This document shows, piece by piece, positions 20,880 through 30,650 of a stretch of DNA of 64,000 nucleotides. The translations under genes and the position numbers were made by a program. The stretch lies in contig CAWIWX010000006.1 of assembly GCA_963839965.1 (NCBI GenBank), positions 33,778-97,777 of the forward strand, written 5' to 3'. The notes beneath the pieces are model-generated. The model ran no database searches. It was not told where the DNA came from and worked only from the letters and a program-made list of their open reading frames with translations. How positions within the stretch are numbered: position 1 is the first letter of the stretch; the number at the start of each line of letters is the position of its first letter. Source of the stretch: an uncultured Solirubrobacterales bacterium. Lineage in GTDB: Bacteria; Actinomycetota; Thermoleophilia; Solirubrobacterales; Solirubrobacteraceae.

Positions 20880-23800
20880 CTACTTCTTCTTCCCCTTCTT
20901 CCCCTTCTTGCTCTTTGACTTGGTCTTCTTCTTGGCCGGTTTGGCCTTCTTGCACCCCGTGACGCTGATCTTCGTGTTCTCGTGGATCTCCGCGCCGTTC
21001 TGAGCGACGATTTCGGTCGGCATGATCAATGGGGCGGCGACTTTCTCCGAGACCTTTTTCGTCACCTTGACGCGTTTGCCGTGGCGCTTGACCGTGACCT
21101 TCTTCTTGACCGTCTTGGTCGTGGTGGGCTTGCACACGTCGGTCGTGGCGGCCAGCGCGCTGTACTTGCCCTCCGGGAGCGTCAGTTCGAAGGTGTTGAA
21201 GGGCTGGTCGGGGACCGTCTTGAACGTCGTGCTCGTGATCCCCTTGTGGCTGATGAACGTCGAGCCGACGAGGTCGACCGTCACGCCGTAGCCCTGCAGC
21301 ACCATCGTGAGGCTCGGGAACGCTTCGTTGCCGTGGCTGACGAAGATCGCCGGGCCTTCCAGGGGGACCGGGAGCAGGTGGGTGTGGACCACCGCGTGGC
21401 CGATGTCCGACGCCGGCGGGCACGCCGCGGGGTTGGCTTCGAACACCTTCGCCAGGCACGCCTTCTGCAGGGTCGTCAGACGCGAGGGCAGCGCCAAGGG
21501 CAGTTCGACTTTGAACCTCGTGATGTTCGCCTGGGAGCCCTGGGGTTCGCTGGGCTCGGTCACCTTGGAGATCAGCGACGCGCCATTGCCGTTGAAGTTG
21601 TCCGTGCTCGACGTCGAGACCGTGAATTTCGGTGTGAACTTCAGGCTCGCGCAGTTGGTCACCTGGAACGGGATCTTGACCAGATCGCTCGCGCCTTCGG
21701 TCGAGTGCAGATTCGCTTCGACCTGCATCTTGGCGCAGTTGGTCGGGTTGAACTGGAAGTCGCTGCGGGTCGTGGTGATGTTGACGTGCTCGATCTGCAA
21801 CGGGAAGCCTTCGATGATCGTCGGGATCGCGTACGGCGTGCCCGGCGAGTTGCTCGTGACCGTCAGCGCCGCGGTGTAGGGGTCGACTTCGATCTTCGCG
21901 CGCACGACCACGGGGCGGCCCTGCTGCAGTTCGAACGGGCCGGCCTTTGCGGGGTTCACGACCGACAGGCCGAACGACCCGCAGCCGCCGGTCCCCGGGG
22001 TCGCGCATTCGCTCGTGCCGTTGTACGGTCCCGTCAGGTACACCTTCCCGCCCGTGACCGTGAACGGCTCACCGCCGACACCCACGCTGACGGTCGTTTC
22101 CCCGATCTGACTGTTCGGACCGCACGTGCCCTGGTCGGCCTGCGGTTCGCGACACAGTTCGACCCCCGAGAGGATTCCCGACAGGCCCGGGGGCAGCTTC
22201 ACTTCGGCGGATTGCAGGTCCTGTTCGCCGGCCGCCCGCGACAGTGTCGTCGTGAACGGGGAGAACGCGCCCGCGTTGAGGTTCAGCGCACCGCCCGTCG
22301 AGGTGGGAGTAAACGGCAGGCTCGACCCGGGGCAGGCGCTCCCGTTGGGGCCGCTTGTGATCTGGAAGCTCGAGTAGCTGGTCACCGGCGCTTCGCCGTC
22401 CCACGGCGTGTACACCGCCTGCGTCGTGTACGTCCCGCAATGTTCGGGCGTCGCCAGCGGCGCGCGTTCTCCCCCGAAGAAGCTCACTTCGGCGTCTTCG
22501 AAGGGCAGCTGAGGGTTGTCTTCGAAGAAGCTGCGGATCTGACCCGGCGCCAGTTCGGGGCTGGCGCCCGGTTCTCCGCCCAGTTCGACCCGGCCCGGGA
22601 GCTTCACGAGCGATCCCGACACGGGATCTTCGGCGACGAGATACTGCACGACATGCACCCCAAATGGGTTTTCCGGCGGGAAAACTTCGAAGTTCTGCGG
22701 CGAGGCGAGGTACACCGCGCCGAGGACCGGGTTCGGCAACAGCGGCGTCTTGATTTTCACGGTCGCGACCTTGGACGCGTCAGGACAGAAGTTTTCACCC
22801 GGTTTGAGCCGTTCTTCGTACCCGTTGGCGAGCGCGTCGGTGCTTTCGGGCACGTACGGCGTGAACTGCGGCGTCTCGTTGCCGTGTTCGTATTCGGGGT
22901 TGAGTTCCACAGAGCCCTTGTACCCGATCTGATTCCCCGGCACGCCCAGCCGCCCGCCGAGCGCGCTGCCGGTGTTGCCCGAGCAGGCCTGCAGGCCGTC
23001 CGCGGCCGAGGGGTTGAGCGTCACACCGTTCGGCAATGTCACCTCGATGTCCTTGATGTTCGACTGCGCATTGCCCTCCCCGTTAAGCTGGCCTTCCTGA
23101 GGCACATGCACGTCGACCGTCAACCCCGTCGGCTTGCTCGCTTCGGTCCCGTCCGGCGTAACCTTGATTTCGGGAACGAACTGCAACTGGTTACAACCGT
23201 CCAAACCCATCACGGGTTCGCTCGGAAACGACTCGAAATGGCCCGCATCCCGCCACGAATCGGCTTCCACGCTCGTCTGCAACGAGCCCGTACACGACGT
23301 CGGCAGATCCAAAAACGGGGGCGGGTGAGAACCATTTTCGACACCGCCACACGTACCCCCGAATTCCCCCCGGCCTGCCGCCAGGCAACCCCAGCCACGC
23401 TGGTCGTTGTGGCGCGAATCGCCGGGAACCCCCCACAACGTCGCTTTCGCGGAGATGAATTCCACCTCCTGGCTGATGTTCGTGCTCGTCGAAGTCACAC
23501 CGTAGTCTTCGCCCGTACGCACCGCGGTGTCAATGTACACCCCGTATTCGGCTATAGCAATGAAGAAGCCGAACCGCGCCGGCTCACCAACCGACGGTTC
23601 GAGATTGAATACCGGCAGGTCTTCACTGACGTAGCCGAGCGAGTGCGGCAGATAATAGGTCAGCGTGATCACGCCCACCGCCGTGTCCGCGGGACATTCA
23701 TCGTGGTAAGGGGTGGCGTGGGTATTGTGGAGGAACTCGGCGATCGGGCACGTCGGGATCGCGCTCGGATCGCCGACGAACCCCGGGGGCAGCTTGAAAC

Positions 23801-24554
23801 GCAGGTCCTTCGCGAGCTCCAGCCCGGCCGTATGCACATTCGCCCCGTTGAAGCCTTCGCCTTCTTGGGCTCCCTGGTTCAGCGTCAGGTCAAACCCGAC
23901 CTGAAACGGGTGCGAGCCGGCCTGGGTGTCGCCGCGCCCGCCTTCTGATTCGGGAGTGAACCCATAGCTCTCAACCCCGAACACGGGCGCCTGCGCGTTC
24001 ACGACGATCGGCCGCGAAACCCTCGCAGGCGGCGCACCACCACCGGATACGCTCACGACGTTCTGTTCGCACGCCCGCGAGTGCGGTTCGCACACCACAG
24101 CGCCCGCCTGCACCACCACCGGGATGCGCACCTCGATCTGCTGAAACGGCGGCAGACCACCGAGCTTTTGCTCTCCCAGAGGTTGTTCGGATTCGGTGCC
24201 CGAGTACGTGCACGACACGCGCGCACCAGCTTCTTCAAGCACACACGGCACCGCACCCAACGCGTTCACGTTCAAATTGGCCGCGGTCGGCGCGCCGGTG
24301 GCCCTCAACCCCGCGGAAAGCGAGTCGTCGATCACGACCGGGGTCTTGCTCGCGTCAGCCAACGCGTCACCGACGTTTTCGACGGTCACGGCCAGCACAC
24401 CAGTCCCACCCGGCGCGAGGTTAGACGGGCGCGAGCCCGACTCGATACGCCACCAAGAAGATTCCGCCAGCGCCGGCGAAGCCGAGCAAGCGAGAACCAC
24501 GACAACAGGCAGGAGCGCGCCAGCGATCTTTTGGAGAGCCCTGGAGATGGTCAT
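20880..24554 (-). CDS. Large secreted protein (1224 aa) with four Cys-pair repeats and a poly-Lys tail
   Basis: Signal peptide ending ASPALA; repeated LP..C..CP..(I/V)G units; C-terminus KKKTKSKSKKGKKGKKK. Confidence 0.85.
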   Translation of the reverse strand: MTISRALQKIAGALLPVVVVLACSASPALAESSWWRIESGSRPSNLAPGGTGVLAVTVENVGDALADASKTPVVIDDSLSAGLRATGAPTAANLNVNALGAVPCVLEEAGARVSCTYSGTESEQPLGEQKLGGLPPFQQIEVRIPVVVQAGAVVCEPHSRACEQNVVSVSGGGAPPARVSRPIVVNAQAPVFGVESYGFTPESEGGRGDTQAGSHPFQVGFDLTLNQGAQEGEGFNGANVHTAGLELAKDLRFKLPPGFVGDPSAIPTCPIAEFLHNTHATPYHDECPADTAVGVITLTYYLPHSLGYVSEDLPVFNLEPSVGEPARFGFFIAIAEYGVYIDTAVRTGEDYGVTSTSTNISQEVEFISAKATLWGVPGDSRHNDQRGWGCLAAGRGEFGGTCGGVENGSHPPPFLDLPTSCTGSLQTSVEADSWRDAGHFESFPSEPVMGLDGCNQLQFVPEIKVTPDGTEASKPTGLTVDVHVPQEGQLNGEGNAQSNIKDIEVTLPNGVTLNPSAADGLQACSGNTGSALGGRLGVPGNQIGYKGSVELNPEYEHGNETPQFTPYVPESTDALANGYEERLKPGENFCPDASKVATVKIKTPLLPNPVLGAVYLASPQNFEVFPPENPFGVHVVQYLVAEDPVSGSLVKLPGRVELGGEPGASPELAPGQIRSFFEDNPQLPFEDAEVSFFGGERAPLATPEHCGTYTTQAVYTPWDGEAPVTSYSSFQITSGPNGSACPGSSLPFTPTSTGGALNLNAGAFSPFTTTLSRAAGEQDLQSAEVKLPPGLSGILSGVELCREPQADQGTCGPNSQIGETTVSVGVGGEPFTVTGGKVYLTGPYNGTSECATPGTGGCGSFGLSVVNPAKAGPFELQQGRPVVVRAKIEVDPYTAALTVTSNSPGTPYAIPTIIEGFPLQIEHVNITTTRSDFQFNPTNCAKMQVEANLHSTEGASDLVKIPFQVTNCASLKFTPKFTVSTSSTDNFNGNGASLISKVTEPSEPQGSQANITRFKVELPLALPSRLTTLQKACLAKVFEANPAACPPASDIGHAVVHTHLLPVPLEGPAIFVSHGNEAFPSLTMVLQGYGVTVDLVGSTFISHKGITSTTFKTVPDQPFNTFELTLPEGKYSALAATTDVCKPTTTKTVKKKVTVKRHGKRVKVTKKVSEKVAAPLIMPTEIVAQNGAEIHENTKISVTGCKKAKPAKKKTKSKSKKGKKGKKK

Positions 24555-27500
24555 CGGCCTGCCCTCCGGTCATGGCTGGATCGCTTCGCCCTGGCTTTGT
24601 GTCCGGCCGTCCCGTAGCGTTTGCGGGCCGCGCGTTCGCACTGGGCTCGCTTGCGCCTGTTGTGCTGCGCTTGGCACGCCTTCAGCGCTTTGGCGAGCTT
24701 CTGGGCACGGGTCAGGGGCTTCGGCTTGGATTTGGTCACGGTCGCGGGTGGCGCGGCGAAGTTGCCGGGACCGTTGAACGTCGCGCTCGCCGGCGCTCCA
24801 TAGATCGATGGCTGCGGCGTCGGCGAGGGCCGGCACGAAGCTTCGTTTTCACACGGCGGCGGGGCAACCGGTTCACTGACGCACGGCGAGGCACTCGTGC
24901 ATTCGCGCGCTACGTACACATCATACGCAGTGTCCTTGTCCTGCGGCGCGAGCTTCGCGCTCGTCAAAAAGAACACTTCTTCACCATTTTCCGAGGCGTC
25001 TAAGAACGTCGATGCTTCACTGGAGTTCCCCGAGGAGATCAGGCCGACGCAACCCGCCCCTTCTTCCCCCGTCTCCTTCGCGCCTACCACTTCCGCCGTA
25101 AAGGCATGCGCCGACTTGAACACAACGCTCCCCGACGACGAGGAGGCGCTGTTACAGGTGCCGACACCTTCGGGCTCGTACTCATACACGTCCTGCGTGC
25201 CGTCCGTGTCAAGCGGCACAAGCGCTTCGCCGCTCTCGAAGAACAACCGCCCGCTGTCCGACAGGTACCGCGGCTGGTAGCCCTGCACGTTTATGTACTC
25301 GGGAAGCATCTCCCATTCAGGCAGGCTCGCGCCGCTGGCCGGCGGCGCGCCCGTCGGATCGCACGACGCGCAACTCAACGTTCCGGCTTGCGCGCCCACC
25401 GCGACGTGATACAGATAGACCTCCCCCGCTCCGCGATTGTCATAGCCCGTCAGCGGCGCCCCGGACCCAAATGTGAGGTACCGCCCATCCGGCGAGACGC
25501 GCGAATACTGCGAGCCAGCACCACCAGCTAGCCGGAGCCCGACGTTTTTCCATGATATTTGTTCATCCCAGTCCAGCTGATCGGTGGCGGGGAGCGCAGT
25601 GATGAACGCCGGCTTCCATCTCTCGGTTTCGGCGTCGTAGTGATCGACATACAGGTTGCAGACGCCGACAAATTCATCGGAATGGATATGGCTGGGATGG
25701 TGACAGGTGCCCGGTTTGGCGCCTTCCTCGGCGCCTTCGCCGAGCACGCCGTTGGAGACGAAGTAAACATACGAACCGTCTTCGCTGGCGCCCAGCACCA
25801 GCCCGCGGACGCCCTGCCCTTCGGTCAGGTCGCTCACCCTGCCCGCCAGCGGTTCGCCCGGAGCGCTCGTCTGTTCCCACACGTCCAACTGCCCCGTCGG
25901 TAGCTCACCGTCGTATTCCAGTTCGCCGTTCCACGCGGTATCGAAGAACACGCGCGAGTCGTCCACGCTCGCCGTCTGGAATTCGCCTTCGCCGAGTGAG
26001 ACCGTTTCTTCGCTTGCGGTGTCGCGCAGCAACAGGCCACCCTTGCCTTCCGAAGAGCCCTTGAAGACCACGCGCGAACCGTCCGCGGAGATCCCGTGTT
26101 CGCCATGCGCCGCAAAGAAGCCCTCCCCTCCGAATTGTTCTCCTGGTCCTATCTCTTCTCCTTCGCCCGCGCCGACGAACGTCAGCTTACCCGAGGCGGA
26201 TGACCACTCATACAGACCCCCGGGACTGCCGGATTTCAGGCTCACACTGGAATACAACACGACGTGGCTGAGATCAGGCGTCGCGGCGATGAAGAAGGGA
26301 CCACAAAAAGCAATAACTTCAGCGCCGCATTCATTGCCCGGAAAAGTATCCTGGAGGCCGCCGAAGACCGTGCCGGACGGGACGTCCGCGTGTTCTTCAA
26401 CAGCCTGGGGGCAGGGCCGGCCGGCTTCGGGACAGCCCGTGACCAGCGGGGTGTAGATGCCGGTCCGCGGATCGTAGGAGAAGGCCGTCTGTTCAGAGGC
26501 CGCAACGGACGGGCACGGCTGAGCGGCGCCTTCTGAGGTGACACAAGGGGTGAACAGGCCGGCGGGCTGCACGATCGCATGCGTAAGGTCGCTGGAGAAG
26601 CGCCGGTACTCCGAACCTAGATCCCCGACCTCCGCCGTCGACTGCCCGTGGGGAACACCCACGTCGCGCGTGCGCCAGCCCGCCGCGGTACGCGTGGAGA
26701 GAGCCTGCACCTCTTCGATATAGCTCGCCGCCGCGGATTCCGTCGGTCTCGTTGCAGTATAGGTCATCGCGCCACCGGCAGCCGCAGCCTCGGTGTCCGC
26801 ACCCAGACCACCAAACTCGACGATTTTCGCGCCTTCCTTCTCTGGCGGCGAAACCATTTCATACGCGCGATCATCGGGCAGCACGAAATTCCCACCCCTC
26901 CGCTGCGTCGTGAACGACTCCTGCGGACCGTAGAACGTGACGGCCGTACCTGTGCCGTGGACGTCCAGTTCGCTGACGGCGATGACCCGATACCAGTACT
27001 GGGTGCTCGGCTCAAGACCCTGCACGCCTTCGCTCACGCCCACCGGCGCTTCGCCGGAACCGATCGTTTCATCGGTGACGGGCACGCTCACGCCGTGAGG
27101 GCCTTCGTCTTGCGCGTATTCCCGCGTGTCGTATTCGAAGTGGTAGCTCGTCGAGGCCTTGTCGGGGTCGATCGAAGCGTTCAGCGTCGCGGATTCGTCG
27201 GTCACTTTCGAGGCGAACGTTTCTGTGATGCCCGGACCGGGCGTTGCGAACGCCTGATCGGCGCCCGCCGCGGGCGAGCCCGCGTCGTTGGCGTTCGCGG
27301 CGCGCAAACGAAAATGATACGTCGCGTCCGGTGAGAGCCTCGCAACCTTCGCCGCGACCGCCGTTTCGCCACCCGTCGGTATGTCTCCGGCCGCGGGCAC
27401 GCATGGCGCGTTCTGCCCGTAGGACGTGCTCGTGCCGTATTCGAATTCGCACGAGACGACAGGCAGACCGTTCGGACGGACCTTGCCGTGAAGCGTCGCG

Positions 27501-29446
27501 CTCGCCGTCCCATGTTCCGCTTCCGTCCCATGCCCCGCTTCCAGTTCGGCTTCCACACCCGACGCCGGTTCGGTCGTGATCACCACAGCGCCCTCCGCTT
27601 CAAACACGGCCTTCACCGTCTTCGCTTCGCTCATTTCGACGATGCACTTACCACCCGATTCGCTTTCGCAGCCTTCCCACCGCACGAATTCCGAGCCGGT
27701 TTCCGGCGTCTCTTCCAGTTCGACCACCACGTCTTCTTCGAACGAGTGCACGCACTCCGCTTCCCCCGGCAAGCAATCTATCCCCGCGGGTTTCGAGACA
27801 ATCGTGCCTTTGCCCGTGCCCGTCTTCCCAACTTTGAGCGAATAGTATGTCTTGACTGAACTGGTGAACACCGCGGTGATGCTCACGGGTTCAAAACCCG
27901 TCCTGAATTCGCATTCTTCGCTCGGGCCGTCACATGCAGCGGCTCTGCCGCTGCCTTCCTTCCATTCCACGAACGAGGAGCCCGGATCGGGGTTCGCTTT
28001 CAGGAGGAGCAGAATGCCGGAGGGATACCCATATTCATATTCGCATCTCTTGTGTTCGTGTTCGACTTCTTCACATTCGACGCTGCCCGAGCCTTCCGTT
28101 TTGATTTCCAGCCTGTGGACCGTTTCGAACGCGTCCAGCGGCTGCGCGTAGCTCGTGCCGTTCGCGTCGGTCACAGACAACCGCGCATAGTAGTGTATCC
28201 CCACCGTCAAACCGGTCAACGACGCCGACACCTTTACAAACGAACTGCCCGAACCCGGAAGCGACGAGCACGGCACCGTATTCGTGTACTGCCCTTCGCT
28301 GGTCCCGTATTCGAACTCGCACGCGCTCACCGCCATGCCTTCGGGATTCACTTCGCCGCTCAGTTCAGCGGTCGTTTCCTGAACGTTCGCTGCGGGTTTC
28401 AGCGACGCGGTGGCCAGCGTCACAGGGGTGTAGACGTCCACCAGATTCGCGCCCGAATCGGCCACGTACACGTAGTGTTCATAGCCGGTGAAGGCGCTGA
28501 CCGCGACCCCCGAACCCGCGCTCAACTCACCCGCACCCAAAGTCCCGAACGAATCGCTGCGCCCCGCCCCCGCCGACGTCGGCGCAGGGAAATGCGCGAC
28601 TTCCACACCACGAGACAGATACACACCACCGTTATCCGGATCGACCGCCACACCCGCCACCCCACCAGTAGCGCCTTCAAAAGTACCCACGCCTTCGAAG
28701 CTTTCCCCAGCGGGCCCGGTCTGGCTCACAGCAACACCGTTACCCGCCAGAATATTGCCCGCCAGCGTGACCGCGAGACCCTCACCAACAACACTATCAT
28801 CTTCATAGCGGAACTCCAGCGACCCGCCAGCCGGAAGCTCATACATCGCCACGACGCCCCCTTCACCGCTTTTCGACGTCCAGATCCACAAGTCACCGCT
28901 GCCGTCGATCGCTACCCCAGCGATGCTTTTCAGCCCACCCTTGGACCCATCCCCTTCCACGGCGTTGATTTCCGTTTTCGTTATTTCTTTCAAGGCCGTG
29001 CCTTCGGCGTTGAAGATCTCCACACGTTTGTTTTTACCGTCGAGCACCGCCACATCGCCTTCCATCAGCGTGCTCGACACCACACTGCTGTTATCCACCG
29101 CGACTTCCGTCGGTTCTTCGAAATCGCCTTTGACCGTACCTTTTTTACCGAACACTTTTTCAAACCCGCCGCTCGCGCTGAAGACCTCAACATCGTCCTC
29201 GGCACTGTTCACGACATACACCTGCCCCGTTTTCTGATCGATCGCCACACCCTTCGGTTTGGACAGCGCGTGTTCGCCTTCACCGGCAAAGCTTTTCGAG
29301 AACACATGACCTTCCACACCCCACGCCGGAGCGCTCCCAAGCGCCAGCACGCCGAGCGTCGCGAGCAAGGCCAGGCTCACGCGGCGTGGCGCACACCGCA
29401 GACGCCCGGTGGCGATCGTGACTATGTTTCTTACATAGATGCGCAT
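24551..29446 (-). CDS. Large secreted protein (~1630 aa): NHL-like propeller, Fn3-like and InlB-B-like repeats, second propeller, basic C-terminal motif
   Basis: Signal peptide, PKGVAID/GVAVDP repeats, ATYHFRL, SADGSRVVF/SEDGSYVYF blades, KPLTRAQKLAKALKAC tail. ATGA overlap with the next gene. Confidence 0.87.
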   Translation of the reverse strand: MRIYVRNIVTIATGRLRCAPRRVSLALLATLGVLALGSAPAWGVEGHVFSKSFAGEGEHALSKPKGVAIDQKTGQVYVVNSAEDDVEVFSASGGFEKVFGKKGTVKGDFEEPTEVAVDNSSVVSSTLMEGDVAVLDGKNKRVEIFNAEGTALKEITKTEINAVEGDGSKGGLKSIAGVAIDGSGDLWIWTSKSGEGGVVAMYELPAGGSLEFRYEDDSVVGEGLAVTLAGNILAGNGVAVSQTGPAGESFEGVGTFEGATGGVAGVAVDPDNGGVYLSRGVEVAHFPAPTSAGAGRSDSFGTLGAGELSAGSGVAVSAFTGYEHYVYVADSGANLVDVYTPVTLATASLKPAANVQETTAELSGEVNPEGMAVSACEFEYGTSEGQYTNTVPCSSLPGSGSSFVKVSASLTGLTVGIHYYARLSVTDANGTSYAQPLDAFETVHRLEIKTEGSGSVECEEVEHEHKRCEYEYGYPSGILLLLKANPDPGSSFVEWKEGSGRAAACDGPSEECEFRTGFEPVSITAVFTSSVKTYYSLKVGKTGTGKGTIVSKPAGIDCLPGEAECVHSFEEDVVVELEETPETGSEFVRWEGCESESGGKCIVEMSEAKTVKAVFEAEGAVVITTEPASGVEAELEAGHGTEAEHGTASATLHGKVRPNGLPVVSCEFEYGTSTSYGQNAPCVPAAGDIPTGGETAVAAKVARLSPDATYHFRLRAANANDAGSPAAGADQAFATPGPGITETFASKVTDESATLNASIDPDKASTSYHFEYDTREYAQDEGPHGVSVPVTDETIGSGEAPVGVSEGVQGLEPSTQYWYRVIAVSELDVHGTGTAVTFYGPQESFTTQRRGGNFVLPDDRAYEMVSPPEKEGAKIVEFGGLGADTEAAAAGGAMTYTATRPTESAAASYIEEVQALSTRTAAGWRTRDVGVPHGQSTAEVGDLGSEYRRFSSDLTHAIVQPAGLFTPCVTSEGAAQPCPSVAASEQTAFSYDPRTGIYTPLVTGCPEAGRPCPQAVEEHADVPSGTVFGGLQDTFPGNECGAEVIAFCGPFFIAATPDLSHVVLYSSVSLKSGSPGGLYEWSSASGKLTFVGAGEGEEIGPGEQFGGEGFFAAHGEHGISADGSRVVFKGSSEGKGGLLLRDTASEETVSLGEGEFQTASVDDSRVFFDTAWNGELEYDGELPTGQLDVWEQTSAPGEPLAGRVSDLTEGQGVRGLVLGASEDGSYVYFVSNGVLGEGAEEGAKPGTCHHPSHIHSDEFVGVCNLYVDHYDAETERWKPAFITALPATDQLDWDEQISWKNVGLRLAGGAGSQYSRVSPDGRYLTFGSGAPLTGYDNRGAGEVYLYHVAVGAQAGTLSCASCDPTGAPPASGASLPEWEMLPEYINVQGYQPRYLSDSGRLFFESGEALVPLDTDGTQDVYEYEPEGVGTCNSASSSSGSVVFKSAHAFTAEVVGAKETGEEGAGCVGLISSGNSSEASTFLDASENGEEVFFLTSAKLAPQDKDTAYDVYVARECTSASPCVSEPVAPPPCENEASCRPSPTPQPSIYGAPASATFNGPGNFAAPPATVTKSKPKPLTRAQKLAKALKACQAQHNRRKRAQCERAARKRYGTAGHKARAKRSSHDRRAGR
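27860..29266. repeat. 1407-bp near-identical duplication, copy A
   Basis: Matches 32409-33815 at offset 4549; two substitutions seen by eye. Confidence 0.92.
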
Positions 29447-29594
29447 ACCGTTGACCCTCTCCTCGCCCAGAGCGCAGTCTCGGCGCTGCGCAGGCGGTGG
29501 TTGTTGGTTTAGAACGAACACTTCTTAAGTTTGAACACTCTGGGGCTCCGGGAGTTGCGGTGAGATGTCACGGCTTGGCCGGCGAGGCTGGTGT

Positions 29595-29618
29595 GGGGAC
29601 CCTCGCGGGCCCCCACAC
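29595..29618 (-). terminator. Stem-loop after the 29651 gene (terminator or processing/stability hairpin)
   Basis: Outer arms gtgtgggg/ccccacac (29591-29618) enclose accc-tcgc-gggc. No U-tract. Confidence 0.45.
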
Positions 29619-29650
29619 GATTAGCCTGTTTGAGTTCTACCGTCGTCTGT

Positions 29651-30517
29651 TCAGCTGGCTTCGCTTTCCTTGCGGACGCTGACCTCTTTCACTTCGGTCT
29701 TCAGCGCCACGATGCCCGCGACCGTCGCTTCCTGTTCTTCGTTCACTTCTTCTTCTCCCGTGTACCAGCGGGTGTGGAAGAATTCTTCGTCTAGGTATTC
29801 GGGTTCCCAATAATCACTGGGAGCCTGCGAACGCGTGGAGCCGCCGACCGTCCAGCTGAGGGTCAGGCCCTTCGGCGTATTTTCGAGCGTGCTGGTGAGA
29901 GCGCCGTGCATTTCGACTTCTTCTCCCCCACACTTGAAGGTCGGAGCGCCACCCAAGGACAAGCTGGGCTTTGCTTCTCCGTCTTCGAGCCAATACGTGC
30001 TGGTAGCATACGTACCGAATGTAATCGTCCCGGGCTCCGCCGCGCCTTCACTTTCGCACGCGGCTTCTGTTGCTTTGCCTTCTGGGTTGCTTTTACCCTC
30101 ACACTTTTCGAACGTAACTGTCAACGGTTCTACTTTCCCGTTACCACTTTCTTGATTATACAGCTTGCCTTCGAAAGCACTCTTCCCGCACACAATGACC
30201 TGCCAATTACCTTTCCCACCCTCGGTGGTGATGACAACCGACTTGCCCTTGCCTGTAACGGGAACTTCAGGAGTTCTCGGCAACACTACCAACGCGTACG
30301 CATTGGTTTTACCTTCTGTTATTTCTGTCGGTGACGCTGGTGCTTTGCATTCCTTTTCAATGTACGTGCCGGTGTACTTGTGTTCCCCATTCTTCGCGGT
30401 CTTTTCACACTTCATAAATTTCGGCGGAATATTACCCGCCGAAGCGCTCGCAGCCGCGACCGCGCTGAACGCGAACACCGCGACCAGACACAATCCCACA
30501 GTCTTGATGCGTTTCAT
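29651..30517 (-). CDS. Secreted Cys-containing protein (288 aa)
   Basis: RBS aaggagcagtggag; signal peptide MKRIKTVGLCLVAVFAFSAVAAASASA. Confidence 0.85.
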   Translation of the reverse strand: MKRIKTVGLCLVAVFAFSAVAAASASAGNIPPKFMKCEKTAKNGEHKYTGTYIEKECKAPASPTEITEGKTNAYALVVLPRTPEVPVTGKGKSVVITTEGGKGNWQVIVCGKSAFEGKLYNQESGNGKVEPLTVTFEKCEGKSNPEGKATEAACESEGAAEPGTITFGTYATSTYWLEDGEAKPSLSLGGAPTFKCGGEEVEMHGALTSTLENTPKGLTLSWTVGGSTRSQAPSDYWEPEYLDEEFFHTRWYTGEEEVNEEQEATVAGIVALKTEVKEVSVRKESEAS

Positions 30518-30650
30518 GTTCTCCACTGCTCCTTTTCCTTGCTTGGATCGGATCGACCGGCCCGGAGAACCCCCGCGGCCCGCCCGCCACCACCCCGAAG
30601 ACCAACAGCCCCCAGCGCGATGCACGCTTGTAAAGTTTTGCTCACGTTTC

